DNA from: a bacterium
Lineage (GTDB): Bacteria > SAR324 > JACQKK01
Assembly (NCBI GenBank): GCA_965240465.1
Contig: OZ251219.1
Coordinates: forward strand, 288,001-352,000
Direction: 5' to 3'
Length of the DNA stretch: 64,000 nt
Below the pieces are notes generated by a model. That model worked only from the letters and a program-made list of their open reading frames with translations, ran no database searches and had not been told where the DNA came from. The translations under genes were made by a program, and so were the position numbers. Each line of letters opens with the position of its first letter. Position 1 is the stretch's first letter. Of this stretch, positions 1-9,709 are shown piece after piece.

Positions 1-214
1 GAAAACTGATGCCATCCACCGCTACGTGTCTGCCATAATGCTTGCAGAGAGATTTTACTTCAATCACGGAAAGTACTCACGAAAATCATTCTACCACAAA
101 AACTGACGACCAATAAAAATAGCGACCCTCAAACTAAGATCTACAATAGTCCATGTCCCTAGTGCTTACGTCAAGCAGTTATTAGTAATTAGAATGTGAA
201 AATACAAACATACC

Positions 215-303
215 CGGAGGGGGGGGGATTCGAACCCCCGGAGCCCTTTAAAAGACTCAGCGGTTTTCAAGACCGCCGGTTTCAACCACTCACCCACCCC
301 TCC
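215..303 (-). tRNA. tRNA-Ser(TGA)
   Basis: Reverse complement reads GGAGGGG...GCGGT-CTTGAAA-ACCGC, long variable arm, GGTTCGAATCC T-loop, acceptor CCCCTCC-G; CCA not encoded. Confidence 0.95.
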
Positions 304-432
304 GAAATCCAACCCTGTTAATAGCATCCATATTGATTAAATGGTTTGTGCATCAATTTTCTTTACCCTTCTCTGCAAAAACATAAACTTGATGTGTAAA
401 TATTGGCAACAAAACAAATAAATTTATTTTTA

Positions 433-1323
433 TTAAAATATTTCTTCAAATATATTGTCTAATTTACTATCACCCTTCAATTTAGAATGTGGGATATGTA
501 AATTTTCTAAAACAGTAGCAAACTTTGTGAAGCCATTATCAGCTCTTAATTCTACCCATTCAATCTTTAAATTATCTAATTGTTTTTTATTTGCATCTGA
601 TAATTTGTCTGCAACAAAAATTCTACTACTTCTTGCTATTACAGAATCAGCACTTTCTGGATTACCTCTTCCCATAAGCTTAACTTCACATTTATACAGA
701 TCACCTCCTTTTTTCAGATAAAAATCAACTTCTCTCTCAGAATCATCATTTTTTATTTCTAATGAATAATTATCTTTTGATACCCCGTATAATTTACAAA
801 GTGTTTGCATAAGAGGTTTTTCTACTCTTTTACCAGCTGTACTCCAAAGTCCTCCTCTTATTGCTGACCTCTTTACAGCTAATGTATTTATAACAATTAA
901 ACTTTCACTAATATTCAAATCTACACTTATCCCATTAAATTTTATTGTAAGTGTCAATTCCAGACCATGTTCAGCATCTATAAGATGTTTTATTGATTCA
1001 TACAAAATGTCATAGTGTTCATTTGAGGCACCAATTACAATGCTTTTTTTTGATGAATTGAACATATTCTTAATTGTTTTTTTGTTTAATCCTGAATTAA
1101 TAGCTATTTCTTCTGATGGCAGATTAGGATCAAGAAAAACTTTTTTATACCAATCAACAGTAATACCTTTGTTTCTTAACTTTGCATCTACAATACTTTT
1201 GAAAAAATCAATTGAGAATTGTAAAAATTCTTCATTTATTAATCTAAGAATTACAACTCTATAATCCTCACCTTTTAGAAGGTGTTTTATAATATTTTTA
1301 ACTATCCTATCTGTTATTGTCAT
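433..1323 (-). CDS. Type II restriction endonuclease, CfrBI-like (PD-(D/E)xK fold)
   Basis: 296 aa; EVDF...CEVK nuclease motif; RGGLWSTAGKRVEKPLM segment recalled from the CfrBI family; ATGA overlap with the upstream MTase gene; very AT-rich. Confidence 0.75.
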   Translation of the reverse strand: MTITDRIVKNIIKHLLKGEDYRVVILRLINEEFLQFSIDFFKSIVDAKLRNKGITVDWYKKVFLDPNLPSEEIAINSGLNKKTIKNMFNSSKKSIVIGASNEHYDILYESIKHLIDAEHGLELTLTIKFNGISVDLNISESLIVINTLAVKRSAIRGGLWSTAGKRVEKPLMQTLCKLYGVSKDNYSLEIKNDDSEREVDFYLKKGGDLYKCEVKLMGRGNPESADSVIARSSRIFVADKLSDANKKQLDNLKIEWVELRADNGFTKFATVLENLHIPHSKLKGDSKLDNIFEEIF

Positions 1324-2720
1324 AATTCAACCTTGGTTAAAGAAATAAAATCATTTAATTGCATAAAATTAGTTTCTATTTTATATGATCTAAAAAAATC
1401 TTCATTTTTAATTAAATTTCGCTTCATTATGTTTATATATTTTTCCTCTTTCTCGGTTAAAAAAAAATTTCTTTCAAGTTTTATTGCCGATTTTCCAAGT
1501 GTTCCACTACCAGCAAAAGGATCAAAAACTAAATCACCCGAAAAAGAGTAATATTTTATCACTCTATCGCATAATCCTAGAGGAAATACCGCACTATGTA
1601 CCTTATCAAAAACAGGATCTATATACCAAACATTTGTTGTTTCATATTTTTCTTTGATCTTACTTTTTTCTACTTTTCTCCAGCTATATTGTTTGATATT
1701 CCAATCAATTAATTTATCTGTTTTTTTTCTGTAAACCATTAGACTTTCAGTAATGGCATTTGGCTTATATCCTAATGGTTTTCTATGCTGCAAAAAACCT
1801 GCATTTCTATTTTTTACACTTGCTTCAGGCTTTACCCAAATTATATCATCAATAAATTCCCACCCCATTTTTACAAGTAGAGGATGAATATCATATGGTA
1901 TCGGATATCTTTTACTTGAATGTGCACGACTAATTCTAGAAATAATAATTGGAGAAGTATTTAAGATAAAAAATCTCCCTTCTTTTGTAATTCTATGTAC
2001 TTCTCTAAAAACATCTTCTAAAAAATTTAAATATTCTGCATAACTCTGATAAATTGAATAATCTCTTGCATTATAATAAGGTGGTGATGTAAAAGTTAGA
2101 TGAATTGATTCATCAGGAATATATTGTAGAGTTTCTTGAACATCACCGTTAACAATTTTATTTTTCATAAATAACGGAAATTCATCATGTTTTTGATTTG
2201 ATATTGATGTAAATTTACTGCTATTGATCTCTCTATCAATAACTTCTTTAATTAATTCATTTGGGTGATTAATTAATCTCTCAAGTTTGATTTTAACATC
2301 TTTTCTATTAGAAAACATTAATAACCCCCTAATAGCTTGCATTACAATTTTTGGATCTTTGTCTGATGAAAATTGAATTAAAATTGGAATTATTTTTTCG
2401 TTACGTAGTCTTCCAATAGCTGAGATGGCTTCTCGCCTTACATTTGTACTATCATCTTCTTTGGCATATTTTACAAAGATATCTAATAAAGAAATATCAC
2501 CTATTTTGGCTAGATTTTTTATAGCAAGAGTTCTTATCCTATTGTTTTTTTTATTCAATAGATATAACAATGGTTCTTTGTTGTATCCATTTTCTAATTT
2601 ACCAAGCTTTTCAAGAGTATATATGATTTTCCCATCACTCTGAGTTCCAAAAAAACTAAAAAGTGTCTTAGTATTATTTTTTAATTCTTCAATTTGATTT
2701 CTATTTATTACATTATTCAT
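1320..2720 (-). CDS. DNA amino-methyltransferase (beta class, likely N4-cytosine) with N-terminal HEAT-like repeats
   Basis: TSPPY motif IV precedes DPFAGSGT motif I; N-terminal ~165 aa has HEAT_2-like units (IRTLAIKNLAKIG, VRREAISAIGRL, IVMQAIRGL). Confidence 0.9.
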   Translation of the reverse strand: MNNVINRNQIEELKNNTKTLFSFFGTQSDGKIIYTLEKLGKLENGYNKEPLLYLLNKKNNRIRTLAIKNLAKIGDISLLDIFVKYAKEDDSTNVRREAISAIGRLRNEKIIPILIQFSSDKDPKIVMQAIRGLLMFSNRKDVKIKLERLINHPNELIKEVIDREINSSKFTSISNQKHDEFPLFMKNKIVNGDVQETLQYIPDESIHLTFTSPPYYNARDYSIYQSYAEYLNFLEDVFREVHRITKEGRFFILNTSPIIISRISRAHSSKRYPIPYDIHPLLVKMGWEFIDDIIWVKPEASVKNRNAGFLQHRKPLGYKPNAITESLMVYRKKTDKLIDWNIKQYSWRKVEKSKIKEKYETTNVWYIDPVFDKVHSAVFPLGLCDRVIKYYSFSGDLVFDPFAGSGTLGKSAIKLERNFFLTEKEEKYINIMKRNLIKNEDFFRSYKIETNFMQLNDFISLTKVEL

Positions 2721-2947
2721 GTCAAATATTCTATTTTAGTTAATGTTGTATAAGAAAAATCACATTTTTCTGCCGAGTAGTCTTATGTCAGTCCTTTACA
2801 GCCCTGCTAGGTAGCCAAAGTAATCACTCTTCACCTTTTTACACCCGATAAATGTACATGGCAAAAATAATGCAGGCAGTTTCAGCTTCAGTGTGTTAAA
2901 CGGTTGATAATGCTAGCTGTTGGCATGTTGTGTTTCCATAAGTATTT

Positions 2948-4303
2948 ATGCATATCCAGTATCACTCAGAGTCATGTGATCCTATTTTGAATGGAAAGCT
3001 AGTAATAGCCTTTGATTTAGAGATGGCTAATTCTTTCGTTAATGAGTCCCCAGTGATTTGCATGGTGGGAATGGGAGTATATGATGATTTTGCCTCTGAT
3101 TTAAAGTGTACTATTGCCAGCATTGTTTCTCGGGATGAGGAAAAGGAGCTAGTTTGTTGGTTTTTGCGGCAGTTGCAAGCATTTCAGAAGCAGCATCCCC
3201 AAGCTAGTTTATTGTCTTTTTCTGGCTCAGATAATGATGTTCCGTGGTTACAAAAGCGGATAGACAAGTATCACATTTCAGAAAAGGATGCCGTAATACT
3301 AAAGCGGATTGGGCACTTGGACTTAAAAAGAGAGTTCAAGAAACGCACTCAACGGGACCATATTTCTCTCAAGCGTTTGGAGCGGTTATTCGGGATTGAA
3401 CGCACCGATAAGCTAAGTTCTCGTCAGGTGAGCTTTATGCTGACCAGTTTGATGAAGCAAGGAGGCAATAAGGGAATTACCGATGCTGTGTATAAGTATT
3501 TGTTTCAGGATGTTGCCAATTTGTTTCACATTTACAGGCGTTGGGATGAGGTATCTTTGGATAAGGAGTGCTTGGGAGAGAGAGAATATCTGGAATGGCT
3601 GTTGAGCTTGTGTAGACGGACAAAGCGTTGTTTTCATGGGAGGCGTGCTCCTTTGAGTGGTTTGTCTGCTGAGGTTCTGGGGAATTTTTATCAGCAGTTG
3701 CTAGCTTCCATTGAGAGTGCGGTTTCCGTGAGAAGTTTTGCTGAGTTCAAATTACCTGCCTGGCCAGATTTAGCTTCTGAACATAAAGAGATTAAACAGC
3801 TGGAGGATCGTTATCGTACTCTTGACGAATTGTGCTTAAAACAAGGTGGTCGGTATTGGTTGCTTCGCGATTTAACGCGTCCTCAGGGTGCTTTGGCGGT
3901 GGTTCGCAATCAAGAAAAGCAGGTACTGATGATCCAACGCGGCCCGAATTTGTCGCGAGCCCCGGGCTGTTGGGGATTTCCCGGTGGAGTAATGGAAAAA
4001 AGCGAATTGCCGGGTGCTTGTGCTCAGCGCGAATTAAAAGAAGAAGTTAACTTAGATGGAAATACCATTGCCATGCTGGGGAGCAGCATCAGTTACGATG
4101 GAGAATTTGATCTGCTTTGGATGGAAGTTCTACTGAATAACCCTGAAGCCGAACCTTATCCTAATAAAAAAGAGGTCGCCCAAGTACGCTGGGTATCAAT
4201 GGATGAAATTTCCGCCCTCAAACCCCTAATTCCGGGCACCTTAGAGGCAGTACAACACATCTTAGGAGGTCGCTTAAAAAAGAGATCTAAGAACACTCTA
4301 TAA
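2948..4303 (+). CDS. RNase H-like (YprB-type DEDD) exonuclease domain fused to C-terminal NUDIX hydrolase
   Basis: AFDLE, SFSGSDNDVPWL, HLDL, SLKRLERLFGIER and YLFQDV match the RNase_H_2 pattern; Nudix box GGVMEKSELPGACAQRELKEEVNL. Confidence 0.75.
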   Translation: MHIQYHSESCDPILNGKLVIAFDLEMANSFVNESPVICMVGMGVYDDFASDLKCTIASIVSRDEEKELVCWFLRQLQAFQKQHPQASLLSFSGSDNDVPWLQKRIDKYHISEKDAVILKRIGHLDLKREFKKRTQRDHISLKRLERLFGIERTDKLSSRQVSFMLTSLMKQGGNKGITDAVYKYLFQDVANLFHIYRRWDEVSLDKECLGEREYLEWLLSLCRRTKRCFHGRRAPLSGLSAEVLGNFYQQLLASIESAVSVRSFAEFKLPAWPDLASEHKEIKQLEDRYRTLDELCLKQGGRYWLLRDLTRPQGALAVVRNQEKQVLMIQRGPNLSRAPGCWGFPGGVMEKSELPGACAQRELKEEVNLDGNTIAMLGSSISYDGEFDLLWMEVLLNNPEAEPYPNKKEVAQVRWVSMDEISALKPLIPGTLEAVQHILGGRLKKRSKNTL

Positions 4304-4458
4304 AGAAAATTTGATTCTGGTATGTATTTGTTTTAGCATCTGGTTTGTGATAAGTTGGTACACCCAAGTTATTATAATTGGAACTCTTCAAGCATAAATG
4401 TAAAAATAAGGGCAAGAAAAGGGATACAATCGGGTGGGTACGTGATCACAGGAGGAAC

Positions 4459-4701
4459 ATGAACGAATACTATGTATATAAGCTAACCAAGGGTAGCACG
4501 ATCGTCTATTTCGGCAACACAGAGAAAGATCTGGATGAAGTTGTCAAGGATCACCGTGGACAAGGCTGGGATTTCGACTCCAGCGAGTGCATTGGCACTT
4601 TGCCAGATAAAGAAACAGCCCAAGATTTGTGCGAAGTACAACTCAAAGACTACGAGAGCAAAAACAGTCAGCTACCTAAGTACAACATAGAGCAAGAATA
4701 A
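4459..4701 (+). CDS. Small GIY-YIG-like protein (80 aa)
   Basis: GGAGG RBS before ATG 4459; YVYKL...VYFGNT and C-terminal LPKYN pattern. Confidence 0.55.
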   Translation: MNEYYVYKLTKGSTIVYFGNTEKDLDEVVKDHRGQGWDFDSSECIGTLPDKETAQDLCEVQLKDYESKNSQLPKYNIEQE

Positions 4702-4708
4702 GGAGCTC

Positions 4709-4769
4709 GCAGGAGAAGGATTGGGAGGAGAGGATTGGCAGGAGAGGATTGGCAGGAGAGGATTGGCAG
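4709..4769. repeat. Tandem repeat, 14-bp unit GGCAGGAGAGGATT, ~4 copies
   Basis: Read directly. Confidence 0.9.
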
Positions 4770-4780
4770 TCTCTTTGGGA

Positions 4781-5178
4781 TAGGGGATATTCTTAGGGTC
4801 TGAGGTGCTAGGGGATGTTCTTAGGGTCTGGGGTGCTAGGGGATATTCTTAGGGTCTGGGGTGCTAGGGGATATTCTTAGGGTCTGGGGTGCTAGGGGAT
4901 ATTCTTAGGGTCTGAGGTGCTAGGGGATATTCTTAGGGTCTGAGGTGCTAGGGGATATTCTTAGGGTCTGAGGTGCTAGGGGATATTCTTAGGGTCTGAG
5001 GTGCTAGGGGATATTCTTAGGGTCTGAGGTGCTAGGGGATATTCTTAGGGTCTGAGGTGCTAGGGGATATTCTTAGGGTCTGAGGTGCTAGGGGATATTC
5101 TTAGGGTCTGAGGTGCTAGGGGATATTCTTAGGGTCTGAGGTGCTAGGGGATATTCTTAGGGTCTGAGGTGCTAGGGG
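4781..5178. repeat. Tandem repeat, 28-bp unit TAGGGGATATTCTTAGGGTCTGAGGTGC, 14 copies plus a partial copy
   Basis: Period 28 (4781, 4809 ... 5173); no spacers; lies between convergent genes. Confidence 0.97.
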
Positions 5179-5184
5179 GAATCT

Positions 5185-6609
5185 TTATTTCAGGCGTTCC
5201 AGTTTGTAGCCGTTGGGATTATCTTCTACCGCATAACCTGCCTCCAGCAATGTCTTACGTAGGTCATCAGCCTGCTGCCATTTTCTTTGCTCTCTGGCTT
5301 GCTGGCGAGCATCTGCCAATGATTTCACCTCATCTGGGATGGTCTGAAAATCTGTTTCTGCAGCTCTTAAACGACTGAAATCTAATAGCCCTAATCCCAG
5401 CAAGGGTTCAACCCAAGCGACCAGATCACATTTCTTCTGAGCCTCCAAACTATCATCACGCATTGCCTGCCACAACAATCCCAAAGCCCGCGGAGAATTG
5501 AGGTCATCACAGAGAACTTCCATTATGGACTGCTGCAGATCATCAGCTGGGGAAGATAAAGTCGGAACGGCAGGCTGGTTAATTTGCTGAAAAGCAGTTC
5601 GTACTAAGTACCTCATATGCATTAGGGCAGACTCAGCAGCTCGCAATGCAGACCAAGAAAACTGCAAATATTGCCGATAATGATTGTTAAAAGCCAAATA
5701 ACGAAACGCCAAGGGTTCTATTTCCTCGGCAAGCAGGGAATCCAAGCTCAGCATATTCCCTTCCGATTTTCCCATCCGCCCCTCCTTGAGAACCAAAAAT
5801 GCCCCATGCATCCAATAATTAACAAAACGCTTACCAGTCGCAACTTCAGATTGGGCTATCTCATTAGTATGGTGAACTGGAATATGGTCGCTACCACCAG
5901 TGTGAATATCAAATGTTTCTCCCAAATATTTCATGGACATGGCAGAGCATTCAACGTGCCAGCCTGGGAATCCCCTACCCCAAGGACTGTCCCACTCCAT
6001 CTGACGCTCTACACCCTCGGCAGTGAATTTCCATAGGGCAAAATCACTTTTCCCCTTCTTGCCATGCACTTCTATTCGGACTCCCGAACGCAAACCTTTA
6101 AGGTCCAAACGAGCCAGACGACCATAATCTGCAAAATTCCTAGCATGATAATAAATCCCATCTGAGGTGCGATAAGTGAACCCCTTGGCTTCCAGATTTC
6201 TAATCAGGTCAATCTGCTCTGTGATGTGCTCTGTAGCGCGGGGTAGATGATCGGGAAGCTGAATACCCAATTGCTTAATATCTTGTAAAAAGTAGTCGGT
6301 GTATTCTTGAGCAATCTCCCAAGCTGAGCATTCATTAACACGGGCAGCACGCTCTACTTTATCTTCTCCCTCATCGGCATCAGAAATTAGATGTCCTACA
6401 TCGGTGATGTTTATCACATGGCATACCTCCAGCCCCAAGGCACCTAACACCCGCTTTAGCAAATCTGGAAACAAATAGCTGCGTAAATTGCCGATATGAG
6501 CTCGTGCATACACGGTCGGACCGCAGGTATAAATACCTGCTCGTTTCGCGATAAGCGGCTTAAAAACCTCCTTTTTGCGAGTGAGGGTATTAAACAGCCT
6601 TAGTTGCAC
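5185..6609 (-). CDS. cysS: Cysteinyl-tRNA synthetase
   Basis: CGPTVY, HIGN, GFPGWHVECSAM, DIHTGG, and RMGKS (KMSKS-like) motifs. Confidence 0.98.
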   Translation of the reverse strand: MQLRLFNTLTRKKEVFKPLIAKRAGIYTCGPTVYARAHIGNLRSYLFPDLLKRVLGALGLEVCHVINITDVGHLISDADEGEDKVERAARVNECSAWEIAQEYTDYFLQDIKQLGIQLPDHLPRATEHITEQIDLIRNLEAKGFTYRTSDGIYYHARNFADYGRLARLDLKGLRSGVRIEVHGKKGKSDFALWKFTAEGVERQMEWDSPWGRGFPGWHVECSAMSMKYLGETFDIHTGGSDHIPVHHTNEIAQSEVATGKRFVNYWMHGAFLVLKEGRMGKSEGNMLSLDSLLAEEIEPLAFRYLAFNNHYRQYLQFSWSALRAAESALMHMRYLVRTAFQQINQPAVPTLSSPADDLQQSIMEVLCDDLNSPRALGLLWQAMRDDSLEAQKKCDLVAWVEPLLGLGLLDFSRLRAAETDFQTIPDEVKSLADARQQAREQRKWQQADDLRKTLLEAGYAVEDNPNGYKLERLK

Positions 6610-6647
6610 GGCAGATTCACATTCAGTTTTTTAATATGATCAGCATC

Positions 6648-6771
6648 GGTTTTTGGCACTGGTCTTTGACACTGGTTTTGGCACTGGTTTTGGCACTGGT
6701 CTTTGACACTGGTTTTGGCACTGGTCTTTGACACTGGTCTTTGACACTGGTTTTGGCACTGGTCTTTGGCA
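6648..6771. repeat. Tandem repeat of interleaved 12-bp (GGTTTTGGCACT) and 13-bp (GGTCTTTGACACT) units, ~10 copies
   Basis: Read directly; upstream of cysS. Confidence 0.92.
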
Positions 6772-6839
6772 AATTCCTGTTTTCAAGTCCTATCTTGAGC
6801 GTATCAGATAGGGACTCAATATAAAAGGGAGCCGATAGT

Positions 6840-8618
6840 TTAGGGGGTGCGATGGTGAATCACGGCTTGATAGATAGCTTTAGCGACCTTTTGTCTAGCG
6901 GCGGGAGTGATCATCAGGGTTAGGTCTTGGGGATTGTTAAGGTTTGAGATTTCCAACAGGATGGAAGAGCGGATAGGGCTGTAGTGCAAGATAGCGGGCA
7001 AGGCACGTTCTCCTTGGCGATAATAGAAGCTGCGTACTGGTCTGCGAGTACTAACCAGTAGCTGATTTTGCTTAAAGCTCCTTTGGATGGAAAGAGCCAA
7101 TTTACGACTGTTTTCAGCTATTTTGCGTCTTTGTTGGGCTGAGAAATGAATTCGCGAGGGGACTCCTTCTTTGCGGCGTTGATAGATATTTCCCTTGGGG
7201 TAAAATTCTGAGGAGCGTAGTAGGTGATCTGGATAGTAGAACATGGCACCTCGCATGGTTTTGATGAGGGCATCGCCATGGATGCTAATAAGCAGGATAT
7301 TATTTTCGGGCACTCCTTTTTTTCGTAATCTGCGATGTAGATCATTGACTAAGAACACCCTCATATTAGTTGCGACATGCGATGAGTCCATGAGGTAGGG
7401 GGGAGTGACTTGTACTCGTTCACCACCCCGAATAGCCGTTTGCAGGTGTTGAATGGGACCCTTCTGATGATGATCTCGCACAGTTAGATAGGGCTTATGT
7501 CCGGCGGCACGCACCATTTTTTCTAGACGCAGAGCTATGTCATAGACAATTTCATGCTCGGACAAGGTAGCCTTAGTTTTCGGATGCCGATAAACTGCTC
7601 CTGGGTCTTTACCGCCATGGCCAGCATCGATCAACACATGCAGGATGGATTTATTCTGTGTAGTTCCTTTTGCATTGCTGCTCTTGTTATTTGAGCTGAT
7701 ACTTCTATTAGAACTTTTACCAACAATAGTTCTTTGATGAGTAGTGGTGGGGATATTAAGCCATTCATTGCTTAGCCAAGCTAGGGGGATATATAGCTTT
7801 TTGCCTATCGGCAGGTGGGCTGGGTTCTTGATATTATTATGTCGGGCTAGTTCCCCAGACATGCGTTTGAATTCATCGGCGTGTTCTTGGTCGGTGAATC
7901 GCTCCAGCAGCCGATACAAGGAATCACTCGGTAGTACCCGATAACTTGCCCTAAGTTGTCCTGATGATTTTTTTTCTAGTCGCAAGGGCAATTTCAAGCT
8001 ATTCCTGCCGAAGCCCATTTCACTCGGAATCCAATCCAGCGGGATGACCACCATTTGTCCCAGTCGCAGAACATCGGGATTGGCTAACCGATTATAGCGT
8101 GCCAGCTCTAGATAACGGCGTTTATCACCAGTATATGCCTGAGATAAGCTAATCAGTTTTTCATGAGGGTGAGAAACCCTATGTATCCAACCTCGCTGGC
8201 TTATTTTATCTTCAGGATAAAGTTTTCTTAATGACAACCCTTGCACGGAAAAAGGCAACCATTCCAATCTAACCCGTACTGGCTTCCCTAAGCGAACCAC
8301 CTGTTTTTGGTTCAGAATCTCTAACCCACTAGCCCACTGGGCAGTACCCGTTAAACGCTCAGATAGCTGAATATACCCCTCATTCTGTTTGGGTAGTATC
8401 CTTGCTTCTAGCTGACCCTGCCGCCAACCAATCTCAAACTCACCGACCTCCTTGCTCCGAGCCAGAGTGCTTTCGCTGGCAACAGCTCCGCTGCCTAGCA
8501 ATAGCAAAAATACCAGATACACCCCTCGCCAGATCAATCCTCCCCTGGCTATCCTGCCAATCCAGGGTGTGATGACAATACTCCCTAATCGCCGCAATTC
8601 ACACCTCTTAAAAAACAC
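6840..8618 (-). CDS. N-acetylmuramoyl-L-alanine amidase (Amidase_3) with LysM-like domains
   Basis: IDAGHGGKDPGA, E..YDIA, ISIHGD, SILLEISNL; LysM-like LARYNRLANPDVLRLGQ; start uncertain. Confidence 0.88.
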   Translation of the reverse strand: MFFKRCELRRLGSIVITPWIGRIARGGLIWRGVYLVFLLLLGSGAVASESTLARSKEVGEFEIGWRQGQLEARILPKQNEGYIQLSERLTGTAQWASGLEILNQKQVVRLGKPVRVRLEWLPFSVQGLSLRKLYPEDKISQRGWIHRVSHPHEKLISLSQAYTGDKRRYLELARYNRLANPDVLRLGQMVVIPLDWIPSEMGFGRNSLKLPLRLEKKSSGQLRASYRVLPSDSLYRLLERFTDQEHADEFKRMSGELARHNNIKNPAHLPIGKKLYIPLAWLSNEWLNIPTTTHQRTIVGKSSNRSISSNNKSSNAKGTTQNKSILHVLIDAGHGGKDPGAVYRHPKTKATLSEHEIVYDIALRLEKMVRAAGHKPYLTVRDHHQKGPIQHLQTAIRGGERVQVTPPYLMDSSHVATNMRVFLVNDLHRRLRKKGVPENNILLISIHGDALIKTMRGAMFYYPDHLLRSSEFYPKGNIYQRRKEGVPSRIHFSAQQRRKIAENSRKLALSIQRSFKQNQLLVSTRRPVRSFYYRQGERALPAILHYSPIRSSILLEISNLNNPQDLTLMITPAARQKVAKAIYQAVIHHRTP

Positions 8619-8749
8619 AATGATGTACCTCAGATAACCGTTCAGTATCCCTGCTCAGTACTCCCACTCACTCCCCCCCGTACCCGACAAACCCCGATGA
8701 TCCTATACGTACATATGCATACAGCGTGCCTGAAGACCCCCCCCCCCCC

Positions 8750-8905
8750 CACCTAAGCCCGACTATCTTTGCAGCTTGCCAAGAATCCGCTAGATTTTCA
8801 CCTAAGCCCGATTATCTTTGCAGCTTGCCAAGAATCCGCTAGATTTTCACCTAAGCCCGACTATCTTTATAGCTTGCCAAGAATACGCTAGATTTTCACC
8901 CAAGC
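8750..8905. repeat. Tandem repeat, 49-bp unit, 3 copies plus a partial copy, preceded by a C homopolymer
   Basis: ACCTAAGCCCG.. at 8751, 8800 and 8849; partial at 8898. Confidence 0.92.
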
Positions 8906-9709
8906 TTATTCTTGTTCTACTTCTTCCTGTGGTTCCAGATTTTCATCTTGTGCTGGGTATCCTTCTGGGAGTGAGGGACGAACATCAGTTTCTCCAATAT
9001 CGCTGGCGTCAATTTCGCCTTCCAACCGTTCCACCACCTCTTGATCGTGCAGACGGGCGGCCCAGAGATATAATAAATACCCCGAGCGTTCCAGTTTTTT
9101 ATAGCTGTTGTAGGCAGCGACATAGCCATCGGCAACGATACCGCGTTCTCGGGTAGGATTGCCCTCGGCATCCTCCAGAGCAGGAATGTTGACCACAGCA
9201 CTGATACTCAATAGATCGGGGTCTTCCAGCTGGGGATTGGCTCTGAGTATGGCGGGCCACAGATATCCCTGGCGATACCATGCATCGGACAACCTCCAGA
9301 GAGAATCGCCTTCCAGAACAGTATGTTTTCCTCCTTGCCTGCCATTGAAGACATAGGGGCTATCCAAAGAAGATGGTCCTTCAATGCCCAACACTCCACG
9401 CACCAGATGAGGAGTATTCTGGTACAAATAGTAGCCATATACTACAAGCCCCGCCAGCATGGCCGTGCCCAAGACAGCCGCAAACATTCGGCGGCGATGA
9501 GCACGCCTTTGTGCTTCCAGCACCCGCATATAGTGAGCAACACTCTCTATCCCCATCCGGTGGGCCTCTTGATGAAGAGGACTATTTTTTATGGTTAGCT
9601 CGGGAGAAACAAAATCTGGCTCTTTAAGAACACCCAACAAGCCTTTCAGTTTACGCTGACGCTCGTTTTCTATTTCTTCTGCATGTCTTGCGACTTCTTC
9701 TCTATCCAT
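8906..9709 (-). CDS. Membrane-anchored LysM domain protein
   Basis: One hydrophobic helix (MFAAVLGTAMLAGLVVYGYY); LysM HTVLEGDSLWRLS...WPAILRANPQLEDPDLL; AAGGAG RBS. Confidence 0.85.
   Translation of the reverse strand: MDREEVARHAEEIENERQRKLKGLLGVLKEPDFVSPELTIKNSPLHQEAHRMGIESVAHYMRVLEAQRRAHRRRMFAAVLGTAMLAGLVVYGYYLYQNTPHLVRGVLGIEGPSSLDSPYVFNGRQGGKHTVLEGDSLWRLSDAWYRQGYLWPAILRANPQLEDPDLLSISAVVNIPALEDAEGNPTRERGIVADGYVAAYNSYKKLERSGYLLYLWAARLHDQEVVERLEGEIDASDIGETDVRPSLPEGYPAQDENLEPQEEVEQE

Noticed and set aside
1-106. Possible 3' end of a + strand CDS (KTDAIHRYVSA...YHKN*)
   Set aside because: Too short to recognise; not supportable
215-2720. R-M cassette as a tRNA-integrated island
   Set aside because: The cassette lies on the 5' side of the tRNA; no integrase or duplicated tRNA 3' end was seen
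4781-5178. CRISPR array (28-bp repeats)
   Set aside because: Repeats are directly adjacent with no spacers, and there are no cas genes in the window
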